Assembly (NCBI GenBank): GCA_051883555.1
Contig: JBJETY010000036.1
Coordinates: forward strand, 3,671-67,670
DNA length: 64,000 nt
Direction of reading: 5' to 3'
Source: Christensenellales bacterium
Lineage (GTDB): Bacteria > Bacillota > Clostridia > Christensenellales > CAG-917
This document shows positions 48,691-59,118 of the stretch, one piece after another. The position numbers and the translations under genes are program-made. Positions within the stretch are counted from its first letter, which is position 1. The number at the start of each line of letters is the position of its first letter. The notes under the pieces are model-generated. The model ran no database searches, had not been told where the DNA came from, and was given only the letters and a program-made list of their open reading frames with translations.

Positions 48691-49515
48691 TTAAAGAGGC
48701 AATTCGCAGTTTAATTCGGCAAGCATCTGCTTGATACTCTTTTTTGTTTTCGGGCACACGAAATCGGGTGCGATTTCATAAAGCGGCGTCAAGACAAATT
48801 CTCTGTTGAAATAATCAGGATGCGGAAGCGTTATTTTTTTCGTATCAACAACGATATTATCGTAAGTTATAATATCGATATCCAAAGTTCTGTCCGCCCA
48901 TTTAACTTCTCTTTTTCTATCCGCTTTTGCTTCCGTTTCGTGTATGCGGTCCAACAATTCGCTCGGATTTAAAAAACATCCGAATTCGACTGCGGCGTTT
49001 AAAAAATCGTTTTCGGCAACTCCGCCGTAAGGCTTTGTAGTATATTTTGCCGAAGTCTTTTTAACCTTGCCGAATTTTTTCAGCTCGTTTATCGCAAAAT
49101 CTAAGTATGCGCTTTTATTGCCTTCGCTGCTGCCGATTGAAAGATAAGCGGTATGACTTTCTAAAGCCGTACAAAACGCCACGTCCGAAACTTTGACCGA
49201 CATCGGTGCGTCAGGCTTTGAAACTTTCACTTCGATTTTTTCTAAAAACGGATACTTAACGCTTAACAGGCGTGCAATTTCATACCCCAGCTTTTCTATT
49301 AAATTGAACGTATTGCTTTTTGTAAATTCGCTGATAAGTTGCGCCGCCTCGCCGTAGTCTACCGTATATGCAAGCTCGTCGTTTGCCATGGCTTCTTTAA
49401 AATCTCCGTAAAGGCGGACGGAAACCGAAAATCTCTGTTCCGTATCCTTTTCAAAACTAAAACAGCCGTGTTTAGCGAAAATTTCAATACCGTCAATTAT
49501 TATGCAATCTAACAA
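48691..49515 (-). CDS. folBK: Bifunctional dihydroneopterin aldolase / 6-hydroxymethyl-dihydropterin pyrophosphokinase
   Basis: N-terminal FolB-like domain plus C-terminal HPPK (RTLDIDII, PHP motifs). 274 aa. Confidence 0.9.
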   Translation of the reverse strand: MLDCIIIDGIEIFAKHGCFSFEKDTEQRFSVSVRLYGDFKEAMANDELAYTVDYGEAAQLISEFTKSNTFNLIEKLGYEIARLLSVKYPFLEKIEVKVSKPDAPMSVKVSDVAFCTALESHTAYLSIGSSEGNKSAYLDFAINELKKFGKVKKTSAKYTTKPYGGVAENDFLNAAVEFGCFLNPSELLDRIHETEAKADRKREVKWADRTLDIDIITYDNIVVDTKKITLPHPDYFNREFVLTPLYEIAPDFVCPKTKKSIKQMLAELNCELPL

Positions 49516-50275
49516 CTGCTCTCTCCTTTGCCATAACGTTTTCGGCGACGTCGTGTATGCGTATAATGTTTATTCCCTTTTCAACTGCAAGTTCGGTTGC
49601 TTTCAACGTCGGCTCCAATCTGTCTTCGACGTTTCCGCCGAACATTGATTTTCTCGATACGCCTATTAAAAGCGGATAACCGAATTTTGCAAAACGTTCA
49701 TAACCGTTCATTACTTCGAAATTCTGTTCTTTCGTCTTGCCAAAGCCTATTCCTGCGTCAAGACATATTTTGTTTTCTTTTATCCCCGCTTTTAACGCAA
49801 CGGCAAGCTGTCTTTCAAAAAACGAGTCGATATCGTCGAATAAATTTTTATATTCGGTGCCCGTCTGATTGTGCATAATGCAAACGTTGGCGTCGTATTC
49901 GGCAACCGTTTCCGCCATACCCTTGTGCATAAGTCCCCATATATCGTTTATCAGATCCGCTCCGCATTCCAAAGCGTATCTTGCAACGTCTGGCTTATCC
50001 GTATCGACGGAAATCGGAACGTTGAAACTTTTGACAATTTCTTTGAGAGGAGACAATCTCTTTATCTCTTCTTCGGCGGAAATTACTTCGTGTCCCGGTC
50101 TTGACGACATTGCGCCGATATCGATTATTTCCGCGCCGTCTTTTATTGCTCTGTCTATAACTTTTAACGCTTCATCCTGTTTGACTCTGCTACCTGCAAA
50201 GAAACTGTCAGGCGTAAGATTCACTATCGCCATTATGTGCGAGCCTTTTGAAAAATCAATTCCCTTTATTTCCAT
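49493..50275 (-). CDS. folP: Dihydropteroate synthase
   Basis: Pterin-binding barrel (NLTPDSF, DIGAMSSRPG, NDIWG motifs). 260 aa. Confidence 0.94.
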   Translation of the reverse strand: MEIKGIDFSKGSHIMAIVNLTPDSFFAGSRVKQDEALKVIDRAIKDGAEIIDIGAMSSRPGHEVISAEEEIKRLSPLKEIVKSFNVPISVDTDKPDVARYALECGADLINDIWGLMHKGMAETVAEYDANVCIMHNQTGTEYKNLFDDIDSFFERQLAVALKAGIKENKICLDAGIGFGKTKEQNFEVMNGYERFAKFGYPLLIGVSRKSMFGGNVEDRLEPTLKATELAVEKGINIIRIHDVAENVMAKERAVVRLHNN

Positions 50276-50328
50276 ACGATACCCCGAATTTTACGTAATT
50301 TAAGATTTTTAATTAACGATTTAAAATT

Positions 50329-50376
50329 CACTATTTTAAATTTACGATTTTACACTATTTTAAATTTACGATTTTA
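50329..50376. repeat. Perfect 2 x 24-bp tandem duplication inside the folate operon
   Basis: cactattttaaatttacgatttta occurs at 50329-50352 and again at 50353-50376. Degenerate copies lie upstream. Confidence 0.9.
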
Positions 50377-50424
50377 AATTGATATTTCAATTAAAGCCGT
50401 ATTCAATTGTTTGCGCAACCGTTT

Positions 50425-50985
50425 CTATCTGACGACTAAAGTTAAAATGGTATTTTTTAAGTCGTTAGAAATTTCGCCTCTCACGGAATAAGACGTAACT
50501 TTTGTTCCGACCTTTTTAATTCCTCTCGAGGTCATGCAGGTGTGCTCGCCTTCGCAAACAACCATTACGCCCTTTGCACCCAGATGTTTATATACGGCTT
50601 CGCAAATCTGGTCTGTCATTCTTTCCTGAAGCTGCAATCTTTTTGCATATACTTCAACGGTACGGGCAAGTTTCGATAAACCTACTACTTTGCCGTTAGG
50701 GATATAGGCAATTGCAATCTTCCCGAAAAACGGCATAAGATGGTGTTCGCAAGTAGATGAAAAAGTTATATCCTTTTCAAGCACAAGCTCGCCGCTCGGA
50801 GAATCGAAAGTTTTTGAAAGCGGAACGTCGGCGTTCTGTTCGTAACCCGACAGAATTTCTTCATAAGCTCTTGCTACGCGAGCGGGCGTTTCCGCAAGCC
50901 CTTCACGGTATACGTCTTCGCCCACAGCCTCTATAATCATTTTTACTGCTTTTTCTATTTTCTCTTTATCTATCATATCCGTCAA
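50425..50985 (-). CDS. folE: GTP cyclohydrolase I
   Basis: CEHHL motif and typical FolE length (186 aa). Confidence 0.95.
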   Translation of the reverse strand: MTDMIDKEKIEKAVKMIIEAVGEDVYREGLAETPARVARAYEEILSGYEQNADVPLSKTFDSPSGELVLEKDITFSSTCEHHLMPFFGKIAIAYIPNGKVVGLSKLARTVEVYAKRLQLQERMTDQICEAVYKHLGAKGVMVVCEGEHTCMTSRGIKKVGTKVTSYSVRGEISNDLKNTILTLVVR

Positions 50986-52213
50986 TTATTCTCCTTGCAT
51001 CGCCTAACACGGACAGTGTACCACAAACCACGACAATTTTATACTTTTTTGCCATATCTTTTATACTTTCTTCAAGGCTTATTCCTACTTGCGCCTTGCA
51101 ATATTTCTTCGCCGTTTCGCATAGTTTTTCTTTTGCAAGCGACCTTTCGCCTTCTGCGTCGACCGCCGTTATTTCTTCGAAACACGTAGCAAAAGACTTT
51201 ACCGTCGCAACGTAATCTTTATCCGCAAAAGTGGCAACGATTCCGCCAACCTTTTCGCCGTTAAAATATTTATTCACGGTTTTGGCAAGTGCCGCCGCCC
51301 CGTCGGCGTTGTGTGCGCCGTCTAAAACAAATATATTATTTTTACGCTTCATAACCTCGAAACGCCCCGGCCAAACCGTTTCGATAAGTCCGCGGTGTAT
51401 GGCGTCTTTACCAATAAATACGCCGTTGTCGTTAAGTACCTTTGCGGCAAGTACGGCAAGCGAAGCGTTCTGTATCTGATGGTCGCCGAGTAGCCTTATG
51501 AAATAATCTTCGTTTTCAAACTCAAAAAGCTGTCCACGCGTAGAATATTCCTTGCCCTCAAAATCCGTTGCGAAATAAGTCATAAGATGATTTACGAACA
51601 AAGGCATTATCTCTTTTTTTTGCATAACGGTACAAAGCGGACAACCGTCTGCAATAGCTAATTTTTCTTTTGCTATCTGCTCTAAGGTGTCGCCCAGAAT
51701 TTGCATATGGTCAAAACCTATTTCGGTTATCACGGCAAGCAATTTGTTCTTAACGACGTTTGTTGCGTCAAGCCTTCCGCCCAATCCCGTTTCGATTACG
51801 CATAAATCACAGCGATTTTTCAAAAAAAACATAAACGCTACTGCCGTTTCGATTTCAAAAGCCGTAGGTTCGAAACCCGTCCCTGCAAGTTTATCCGAAG
51901 CGTTTTTGCAAACGGTCATAAGTTCCGCAAGCTCTTCGTCGGATATATTCTGTCCGTTTATTTTGTATCGCTCGTTATATGTAAACACGGACGGCGACGA
52001 ATAACTTCCCACTTTATAATCGGCGCAACGCAATATCGACGATAAATAAGCAAGCGTAGACCCCTTTCCGTTTGTACCTGCAATGTGAACGAATTTTAAT
52101 TCTCTTTCAGGATTTCCCAACTCATCAAGAAGTTTCTGCATCGTCTCGAGTCCGTATTTGCTTCCGAATTTACTTTTGTTAGTTATATACTCTACAGCTT
52201 CCGTGTATTCCAT
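50966..52213 (-). CDS. folC: Folylpolyglutamate synthase / dihydrofolate synthase
   Basis: Mur-ligase P-loop AGTNGKGS. 415 aa. Confidence 0.93.
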   Translation of the reverse strand: MEYTEAVEYITNKSKFGSKYGLETMQKLLDELGNPERELKFVHIAGTNGKGSTLAYLSSILRCADYKVGSYSSPSVFTYNERYKINGQNISDEELAELMTVCKNASDKLAGTGFEPTAFEIETAVAFMFFLKNRCDLCVIETGLGGRLDATNVVKNKLLAVITEIGFDHMQILGDTLEQIAKEKLAIADGCPLCTVMQKKEIMPLFVNHLMTYFATDFEGKEYSTRGQLFEFENEDYFIRLLGDHQIQNASLAVLAAKVLNDNGVFIGKDAIHRGLIETVWPGRFEVMKRKNNIFVLDGAHNADGAAALAKTVNKYFNGEKVGGIVATFADKDYVATVKSFATCFEEITAVDAEGERSLAKEKLCETAKKYCKAQVGISLEESIKDMAKKYKIVVVCGTLSVLGDARRIIDGYDR

Positions 52214-52490
52214 AATAGCCTCGTTTTCATTTTATCACAAACTTTATTTTAAGCAATCGTTTAAAGGCTAATTTAAACGTTAAACAAAATTTAACGTTTA
52301 TAACAGACTTTTTTCAGCAGCATAGCGCCTAACTTTTTGCGTCGTTTAAAAATTTAACTTCAACACTTCTTTAACGCTCACACGTCTTAATCTTAAGTTG
52401 TTAAACTTAAAATTATCCAATTAATTGCATAAAGCGGCTATGTATGATAAAATCTTTTTATAATTTTTACATAAGTTTAAGGGGTTTAAA

Positions 52491-53297
52491 GTGGCATATT
52501 CAATTTCGGCAGTCGATACGAACAATCCGTGGATGTACCTTCTTTACGGTATAGTCGTCGTATTCGTGCTTACCCAATCGATCGTTTATTTAGTCAAATC
52601 TTTAAGGCGAGCGAAACAAATCAATATGGATATGGGAAAATTGAAGAAAGTTATTTCTTCTTCGATTATGTTTTCCGTTTTACCGTCAATCGGAATTTTT
52701 ATCGGAATCGTTACTTTGGTCGGCGCGATAGGAATAGCGTTGCCGGCTATCAGGCTTTCAATTATCGGCGCTCTTCAATATGAAACGTTGGTCGTCGACA
52801 CGGTTGCAAATCAGTTTACCGGCACAAGCAACGGAATCGCTTCGATTATAGGAAATATCGACGCAAGCACGTTTGTAACAATAGCGGCAGTTATGACCGT
52901 GGCAATTATATGGGGACCTCTTTTCTGCCTTTTCTGTTACAGACGACTTCAACCGAAAATGCTGTCTCTCGCTTCTAAAACGACGGGAAAAGACGATTCC
53001 ATTTTCGGAGCTGTTTTCGTCGGAATGGTATTGGCTTACATTTCGGTTGCAATCGGTCAGTTCACAGGGGCTGCTACAAACATTGCAAGCTATTACAACC
53101 TGATCGCCGTTTTGGTTTCGGCAGGGCTTATGTTCGTATTCGATATTCTGATTACCCGTTGCAACCAAAAATGGCTCGAAAATTTCTCTCTCGCTCTTGC
53201 TATGATTGCAGGAATGGGCGTAGTAGCAATTATCAGTTATTTCAACCCCGACGCTTATGCCGCACTGAAAAGTGCCGCAATCGGTTTGATCGTTTAA
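52491..53297 (+). CDS. Uncharacterised multi-pass membrane protein (268 aa, GTG start)
   Basis: About 6-7 hydrophobic segments. AAGGGG SD before the GTG. No family recognised with confidence. Confidence 0.65.
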   Translation: MAYSISAVDTNNPWMYLLYGIVVVFVLTQSIVYLVKSLRRAKQINMDMGKLKKVISSSIMFSVLPSIGIFIGIVTLVGAIGIALPAIRLSIIGALQYETLVVDTVANQFTGTSNGIASIIGNIDASTFVTIAAVMTVAIIWGPLFCLFCYRRLQPKMLSLASKTTGKDDSIFGAVFVGMVLAYISVAIGQFTGAATNIASYYNLIAVLVSAGLMFVFDILITRCNQKWLENFSLALAMIAGMGVVAIISYFNPDAYAALKSAAIGLIV

Positions 53298-53313
53298 TTT
53301 TAAAGGTGACACT

Positions 53314-54189
53314 ATGAAGAAAAATCAAAACTTTTTAACGGCTACCTGCGACGTAAACGTAGCAAGTCAGATGATAAACAAAAATCTGCATAAACAAGGA
53401 CAGATATGGACGGCAATCGCATTAATCGTTATGTGCATGGTACCTGTAGGAATGTCAATTATCTACAATACCACGCTTAACTGGAAACTGTTTTTTACGT
53501 GCGTCGGACTTTTAATTTACTATCTTCCTATGGGTATCGGCGAAGTATTTACGTATAGCTATATGCTCGGCGTAAACGGAACCTATTTAGCTTTTGTTAC
53601 GGGCAATTTGTCAAATCTTAAAATACCTTGCGTCGTCAATGCCGTAAATATCGTAGGCACGAAAGTCGGCACGGAAGAACACGAAATTGCTTGCACCGTG
53701 TCTATTGCGGTATCGTCTATAGTCACCGTCGTGGTTATTTTAATAGGCGTTATTGCTCTTGCAGTTTCAGGATTGGGAGATTGGTTAAATTCCGCTCAGG
53801 CAGCGTTTTTAACACCTGCATTCGGAACGGTTGCCTTTGCTCTTTTCGGAGCGTTGGGCGGCAAGTATCTCGTTAAATATCCGAAAATTGCAATCTTTCC
53901 GTTCATCATTATGGTTGCGCTCACCGTAACTTTCAATCTCATAGGAAAAGGTAGCATGGCTCAACCTGCAACCTTCATTTTCGTAGGCGTTGTGCTTTGC
54001 TTTATAAGCGCAATCGTTTGGCAGAAAATCGAAGCGAAAAAGAAAGCAAAAGCCGAGCTTATAAATCTGGTTGCAAGCGGCGCTTCGCAAAATGCCGAAA
54101 CGTCCGAACGAGATTTGCAAATCACAGCCGAACAAGTTCAGTCAGAAAATGAAAAAATCACGGAAGAGACCGCTAACGACGACAAATAA
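53314..54189 (+). CDS. Uncharacterised multi-pass membrane protein (291 aa) with acidic C-terminal tail
   Basis: About 7 hydrophobic segments. AAAGGTGA SD. Starts 16 nt after the previous gene, so probably the same operon. Confidence 0.65.
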   Translation: MKKNQNFLTATCDVNVASQMINKNLHKQGQIWTAIALIVMCMVPVGMSIIYNTTLNWKLFFTCVGLLIYYLPMGIGEVFTYSYMLGVNGTYLAFVTGNLSNLKIPCVVNAVNIVGTKVGTEEHEIACTVSIAVSSIVTVVVILIGVIALAVSGLGDWLNSAQAAFLTPAFGTVAFALFGALGGKYLVKYPKIAIFPFIIMVALTVTFNLIGKGSMAQPATFIFVGVVLCFISAIVWQKIEAKKKAKAELINLVASGASQNAETSERDLQITAEQVQSENEKITEETANDDK

Positions 54190-54298
54190 GCAAATAAGTA
54201 TTTGGCTATTTATGTCAGAAAAAAAGTTATTTAATAAAGCTCTTTTAAAATTTATTTAAGTTAAAAAGCAATTTATTTATACGCTCGAATAAAAACTT

Positions 54299-54329
54299 AT
54301 CCGTAGCTTAAACGCTACGGATATTTTTT
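54299..54329 (+). terminator. Intrinsic terminator of the membrane-protein pair
   Basis: ATCCGTAGC-ttaaac-GCTACGGAT followed by ATTTTTT. Confidence 0.8.
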
Positions 54330-54832
54330 ACGTTTTAGTTATATCTATTTTAAAAACTGCAAAGTTTAATATTTGTGTAAAAAAATTTTTTATAGTCTTA
54401 TTTTTTGTTGTAAGTTAAACGTTTTATAAATGCGCAAAGGTGGCTAACCGCTGTCTTTTGCTTTTCCGCTCTTTATGCTTTTAAAATTTATATATCTTTA
54501 CCGTCGCTTTGCCTACAAACTCTTCAAAAAAAACGCGCTAACGCTTTGTAATATGGCTCTCACGCTTTTAAATGTGCGTTGTGCAAAGCAACAAATTAAA
54601 GTGACAAAAAAGGTCGACTAAGTTCTTGCCAACCTTTTTGTTTTCATAATTTATTCGCAACGCATATATTAGCAACGCTCTGCTCGTCCGTGCGTTTTGC
54701 GCTTTAAAACTTTTATCCGAAAACTCACGATAAATAAGCATCGGCTTTATTTAACCGACAACGCTTTACATAATCGTCAAACCTTTTACGTCGATTTTTT
54801 ATATGCCTTTTAAAGCTTTAACTATCCTTTAA

Positions 54833-56635
54833 TCAATCGAATTTTATGGATTTAAGTTTTTCGTTACACTCTTTTACCATATCGACAGGAAATTTGATTT
54901 CCTTGCGGTCGTACGTTATAAGTCCGTTTATCTCTTCTTCGACGTCGCTCACCTGCGTATAGACGCTTGCCGCAAAACCTTTGACTGCCTGTTTGTAAAG
55001 AGTTTTTTCAAACAAACTCTTAAACGCTTTTGCCAACGCTTTATCGGTGTTGTAAATTCTGTATCCGAACGATTTATTAGGGCTGAACACGTGTCCCGAC
55101 TTTTTATGGCTGTAACCGCCGAATTCCGACAGAACGACAACTCTTTCGTCTTTAGGCGCTTTTACAGGAGTAAAATAGATGTGCAGACTCTTTAAGTCGC
55201 TCGTCTTTTTGCCTTGGTCGTGCCAACCGCTGACGGAATCGATAATTCTTGTGCTGTCGTATCCTTTAAGAATTTCGGTTGCCTTTACGCTGTCGAATTG
55301 ACCCCAACCTTCGTTGAACGGAACCCACGTGCCGAGTGAAACGGTGTTTTTAAGATAATTGAAAGTTACGTCGAGTTCTTCATAATATTCTTTACGGCTT
55401 TCCGCGCTCGCTCTGCCGAAACGCTTATAATTCTTTTCGCTATCCTTTAAATGGAAACCTAAGAAAGGCAACAAACCTATAACGGAAAATTTATATTTTT
55501 CACCGCCCGAAACCATATCCTGCCAGACTATCATTCCCAATCTGTCGCAGTGATAGTACCAACGAAGCGGCTCGATTTTAATATGCTTACGAAGCATATT
55601 GAAACCCATTTCCTTCATAAGTTTGATATCGTATTCCATAGCCGAATCGGTAGGCGGAGTAAGCATACCGTCCGACCAGTAGCCTTGGTCTAAAAGTCCC
55701 GTCTGATAATAAATTTTATTGTTCAGGGCAAGACGTTTTTTACCCTTTGCGTCCTTCATAATGGAAAACTTTCTCATTCCGAAATACGACTTTACGGTAT
55801 CGTCGCCGACCTTAACTTCAAGGTCGTAGAGTTTAGGATTTTCAGGCGACCAAAGTTCGAACTCTTTTAAAGAAATTTCTGCAACTCCGTCAGCCGTCTT
55901 ACCCTCTGCAACGACTTTACCGCCGTCAACGACTTTAATCGTCGCTTCGGCGTCCGCAACCGTCTTAACCGTCACGACGCTTTTATCGATATCGGGAATA
56001 ATCGTCATATCTTTAAGATAAACCGACGGAACGCTTTCAATCCATACGGTCTGCCATATGCCCGATTGCGGAGTATACCATATTCCGCCGTTCTTTAATG
56101 CTTGTTTCGCTCTTGTGTGATAACTAGTGTCCGTAGGGTCCGTTACGACGACGGAAATTACGTTTTTACCTTCTTTTACGGCGTCGGTTACGTCAAGCGT
56201 AAAAGGCGTATAGCCGCCCTTATGAGAGCCGACTTCTTTGTCGTTAATCTTTACGCGGCATTCAAAATCGACCGCTCCGAAATTGATAAACGTTTTAGAT
56301 TTGATAAAACCTTTGGCAACGTCAAATTCTCTTTCATAATACAAAACGTCGTCAGGTTGCGCAACGATAGCGTCCAACCCCGAAAGCAACGATTCAGGAG
56401 AAAACGGAACGAGAATCTCTTTGTCGTATCCGTCGAACTCACTACCTGCTTTTTTCATGGCAAACTTCCATTTGCCGTTAAGATTTATATAGCTGTTTCT
56501 TTCAAATTGTGGACGAGGATATTCGCTGAGCGGAATTTCCCCTACTTCATCGTAAAATTTCGATTGAAGTCTGACTCTTACGTTTTTAGATTTACTTTTG
56601 ATTTCTTCCTGAGTTGATAAAACCTTTTTGCTCAT
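54833..56635 (-). CDS. Glycoside hydrolase family 2 (beta-galactosidase/beta-glucuronidase-like)
   Basis: 600 aa with a sugar-binding N-domain, an Ig-like domain and a TIM barrel with an NEGWGQ motif. Confidence 0.85.
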   Translation of the reverse strand: MSKKVLSTQEEIKSKSKNVRVRLQSKFYDEVGEIPLSEYPRPQFERNSYINLNGKWKFAMKKAGSEFDGYDKEILVPFSPESLLSGLDAIVAQPDDVLYYEREFDVAKGFIKSKTFINFGAVDFECRVKINDKEVGSHKGGYTPFTLDVTDAVKEGKNVISVVVTDPTDTSYHTRAKQALKNGGIWYTPQSGIWQTVWIESVPSVYLKDMTIIPDIDKSVVTVKTVADAEATIKVVDGGKVVAEGKTADGVAEISLKEFELWSPENPKLYDLEVKVGDDTVKSYFGMRKFSIMKDAKGKKRLALNNKIYYQTGLLDQGYWSDGMLTPPTDSAMEYDIKLMKEMGFNMLRKHIKIEPLRWYYHCDRLGMIVWQDMVSGGEKYKFSVIGLLPFLGFHLKDSEKNYKRFGRASAESRKEYYEELDVTFNYLKNTVSLGTWVPFNEGWGQFDSVKATEILKGYDSTRIIDSVSGWHDQGKKTSDLKSLHIYFTPVKAPKDERVVVLSEFGGYSHKKSGHVFSPNKSFGYRIYNTDKALAKAFKSLFEKTLYKQAVKGFAASVYTQVSDVEEEINGLITYDRKEIKFPVDMVKECNEKLKSIKFD

Positions 56636-56751
56636 CTTGTTCTCCCTTAACTTTTATGTGTATTATTTTATCATATAAACTTTTTATGTGCAATATATTT
56701 TGGAAAATCGGCTTTACAAATAACCTTGCATAATGTATACTTTATAAAGAG

Positions 56752-57312
56752 GTGAACATAATGAAATTTATCATTGCGTCAGATTTGCACGGAAGTGCAA
56801 CAAGTGCAAAACGCATTATAGAAATTGCAAACGGACAACCTTTGATTTTGCTCGGCGATATATACAACCACGGTCCGAGAAATCCGTTACCTGACGGATA
56901 CGCTCCTATGAAAGTTGCGGAATTGCTCAACGCTTACACCGGCAAACTTATCGTTATAAAGGGAAATTGCGACAGCGAAGTCGACCAAATGATTTCAAAT
57001 TTCACTTTCCAGGATTATCATGAGATTGTTACAAACCGTTCGTTCTTTTTCTCGCACGGTCATAAGTTCAATATGGATACTCCGCCGGCGCACCTTAAAG
57101 CAGGCGACGTATGTTTCTACGGACATCTGCACTATCCTTTCATAAAAGAAGTAAACGGAGTATACTTTATCAACAGCGGTTCGTGTTCGCTTCCTGTAAA
57201 CGACAGTCCTCTTTCATATATCATCTTAGATACGGCTGCCGACGTCATAACGATTTATGATTTTGAAGGAACAATAATCGACCGACTTGATTTCAAAAAA
57301 ATCAATAAATAG
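56752..57312 (+). CDS. YfcE/MJ0936-family metallophosphoesterase
   Basis: Motifs SDLHG, GDIYNHG, GNCD, SHGH and GHLH. 186 aa. Confidence 0.88.
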   Translation: MNIMKFIIASDLHGSATSAKRIIEIANGQPLILLGDIYNHGPRNPLPDGYAPMKVAELLNAYTGKLIVIKGNCDSEVDQMISNFTFQDYHEIVTNRSFFFSHGHKFNMDTPPAHLKAGDVCFYGHLHYPFIKEVNGVYFINSGSCSLPVNDSPLSYIILDTAADVITIYDFEGTIIDRLDFKKINK

Positions 57313-57454
57313 AAATCAATAATAGTTTAAACCAAAACAACGCTTCAGGCTTTAAACAAGGCTTTTAGCGGCTTATCGTAAAATAGTTTTAAAAACAAAT
57401 TTTACGCAAATTTTTTTGCAAATACCGCATTAAACGTGCGATATAAAATAAATA

Positions 57455-57568
57455 TACGCTGGGGGTGACGGCTTGCCGTCTGAGATTAAACCCTTTGAAC
57501 TTGATTGAGTTGGAACTCACGAAAGGAAGCATTCAGTCCTCGATGGTTTTCCACGAGGACTTTTCTTT
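57455..57568 (+). promoter_or_regulatory. TPP (THI-box) riboswitch with intrinsic terminator expression platform
   Basis: CTGGGGGTGACGG...CCGTCTGAGA...ACCCTTTGAACTTGAT...GGAACTCACGAAAGGAAGC matches the TPP aptamer core. The terminator GTCCTCG-...-CGAGGAC plus TTTTCTTT lies at 57536-57568. Confidence 0.9.
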
Positions 57569-57590
57569 ACAACCAGCGGAAGGAGTAAAA

Positions 57591-58784
57591 ATGGACTTAA
57601 AAAATTTTAAGTCGTTATCAACCTTTGACAAAACGGCAACGATCGCCTTTTTTGTCACTATCTTTTTTGCAATTGTAATAATTGCAATTTTAGCCGTTTG
57701 CAAAAAACGCAACTCGTCAGAAAAAGCCAGACCATACGTCGGCGGTTTCATTTTCGGCTACAGTTTGTCGCTTATTCTTATGTTAGGCTTCTTAAAGCTC
57801 GACGAATATTCGGCAGCCGGCTATATCGAAGCGAATAGTTTCTACCCTGTTCTCGCATTCGTTCTGACCGTTCTCGTCCTTGCAATCGTAGCTATAATCA
57901 TTCTGCTTTTCAAACGCGACAAGTTCTCGCTCTTTGCCAAAATCGCAGGCGGAATCATCATAGCGTTTGCGGTAGCTTTAATTATTGCAATGGGCGTTTT
58001 AAAGAACGACATCGTTCTCAGCGCCGCCGACAATGCAATGCTTTATATCTTTACGATACTTATCGTTGCGGCTATTGCGGTTCTTGCAATTTTCTGCGGA
58101 AAAAAGGAAGACGGCAGATTGCATACGAAATCCATCGTTTACGCCTCTCTTTCGATTGCTCTGTCGTTCGCTCTTTCATACGTCAGATTCTTTGAAATGC
58201 CGAGTGGCGGCTCGATAACTTTGGCAAGCATTCTTCCGCTTATGATTTATTCGTATATGTTCGGAATACGCCGTGGCATCATAGCAGGTATAATCTACGG
58301 TTTCTTACAGTTTATTCAGGCACCGTGGCTCTACCACCCTGTACAGTTCCTTCTCGATTATCCAATCGCATTCTCGGCTATCGGACTTAGCGGACTTTTC
58401 AAAGAAGTCGGACTTTTCAAAAATAAACCTATCGTCAACTTCCTGCTTGGCGGACTTCTTGCCGCGGTATTGCGTTATTTCTCTCACGTTATAAGCGGCG
58501 TATTTATCTTCGGAAGCGGCGACCCTAACTATACGGCTGTTGCATGGAGTTTCCTTTACAACTCGTTTGTATTTGCAGACCTTGCTATCGCACTCGTTGC
58601 AGGCTCGCTTATGTTCGCTTCAAAAGAATTTGTCAAACGACTTGACGTCAGTCTCCCTGCGTCAAACAAGGACGTAACGATCGAAGGAAAAACCGAAGAG
58701 ACGTCAAACGGCTCTGACGAAGAAGTTAAAGAGAGTAAAACGGAAATCAATGCAGAATCCGGCAATACTTCGTCAGAAAGCTGA
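57591..58784 (+). CDS. thiT: Thiamine transporter ThiT (ECF S component) fused to an extra N-terminal 5-TM domain and a Ser/Glu-rich tail
   Basis: The C-terminal half (SIALSFALSYVRFFEMPSGGSITLAS...) is ThiT-like. The start is set at ATG 57591 after GGAAGGAG. The track ORF start at 57465 lies inside the riboswitch. Confidence 0.85.
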   Translation: MDLKNFKSLSTFDKTATIAFFVTIFFAIVIIAILAVCKKRNSSEKARPYVGGFIFGYSLSLILMLGFLKLDEYSAAGYIEANSFYPVLAFVLTVLVLAIVAIIILLFKRDKFSLFAKIAGGIIIAFAVALIIAMGVLKNDIVLSAADNAMLYIFTILIVAAIAVLAIFCGKKEDGRLHTKSIVYASLSIALSFALSYVRFFEMPSGGSITLASILPLMIYSYMFGIRRGIIAGIIYGFLQFIQAPWLYHPVQFLLDYPIAFSAIGLSGLFKEVGLFKNKPIVNFLLGGLLAAVLRYFSHVISGVFIFGSGDPNYTAVAWSFLYNSFVFADLAIALVAGSLMFASKEFVKRLDVSLPASNKDVTIEGKTEETSNGSDEEVKESKTEINAESGNTSSES

Positions 58785-58860
58785 AAACCGTTTTAAGGCT
58801 GTTTATTAAACGTTGCCTTTAAATGCGTACAAATAAACAAACTGAATAATATCGCAAAAG

Positions 58861-58885
58861 AAAAAGGGACGATTCGTCCCTTTTT
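58861..58885. terminator. Bidirectional intrinsic terminator (thiT / thiamine pyrophosphokinase)
   Basis: AAAAAGGGACG-att-CGTCCCTTTTT. Confidence 0.85.
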
Positions 58886-59118
58886 CTTGTCTTAACTATT
58901 TATAAACACGTAAAACTTTTTAATTAAACTACAAACCATTTAAGCAAATCGCAACCTCTTTAATTAAATCACGAAGTTAGCGTCAACGTCATCGACCGAA
59001 AAAATAATAGCTTCGTTTATTCAATCGCATTATTTATTCCATAGCTTTGTTTATTCCTTTGTTTATTCCATAGCTTTGTTTATTCAGTCTGCTATTCTAC
59101 TCCCGAGTGTAAATTCAA

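Noticed and set aside
57465-57590. The track ORF for the ThiT protein starts at 57465.
   Set aside because: These 42 codons lie within the TPP aptamer and its terminator. ATG 57591 has a GGAAGGAG SD and begins the first TM helix.
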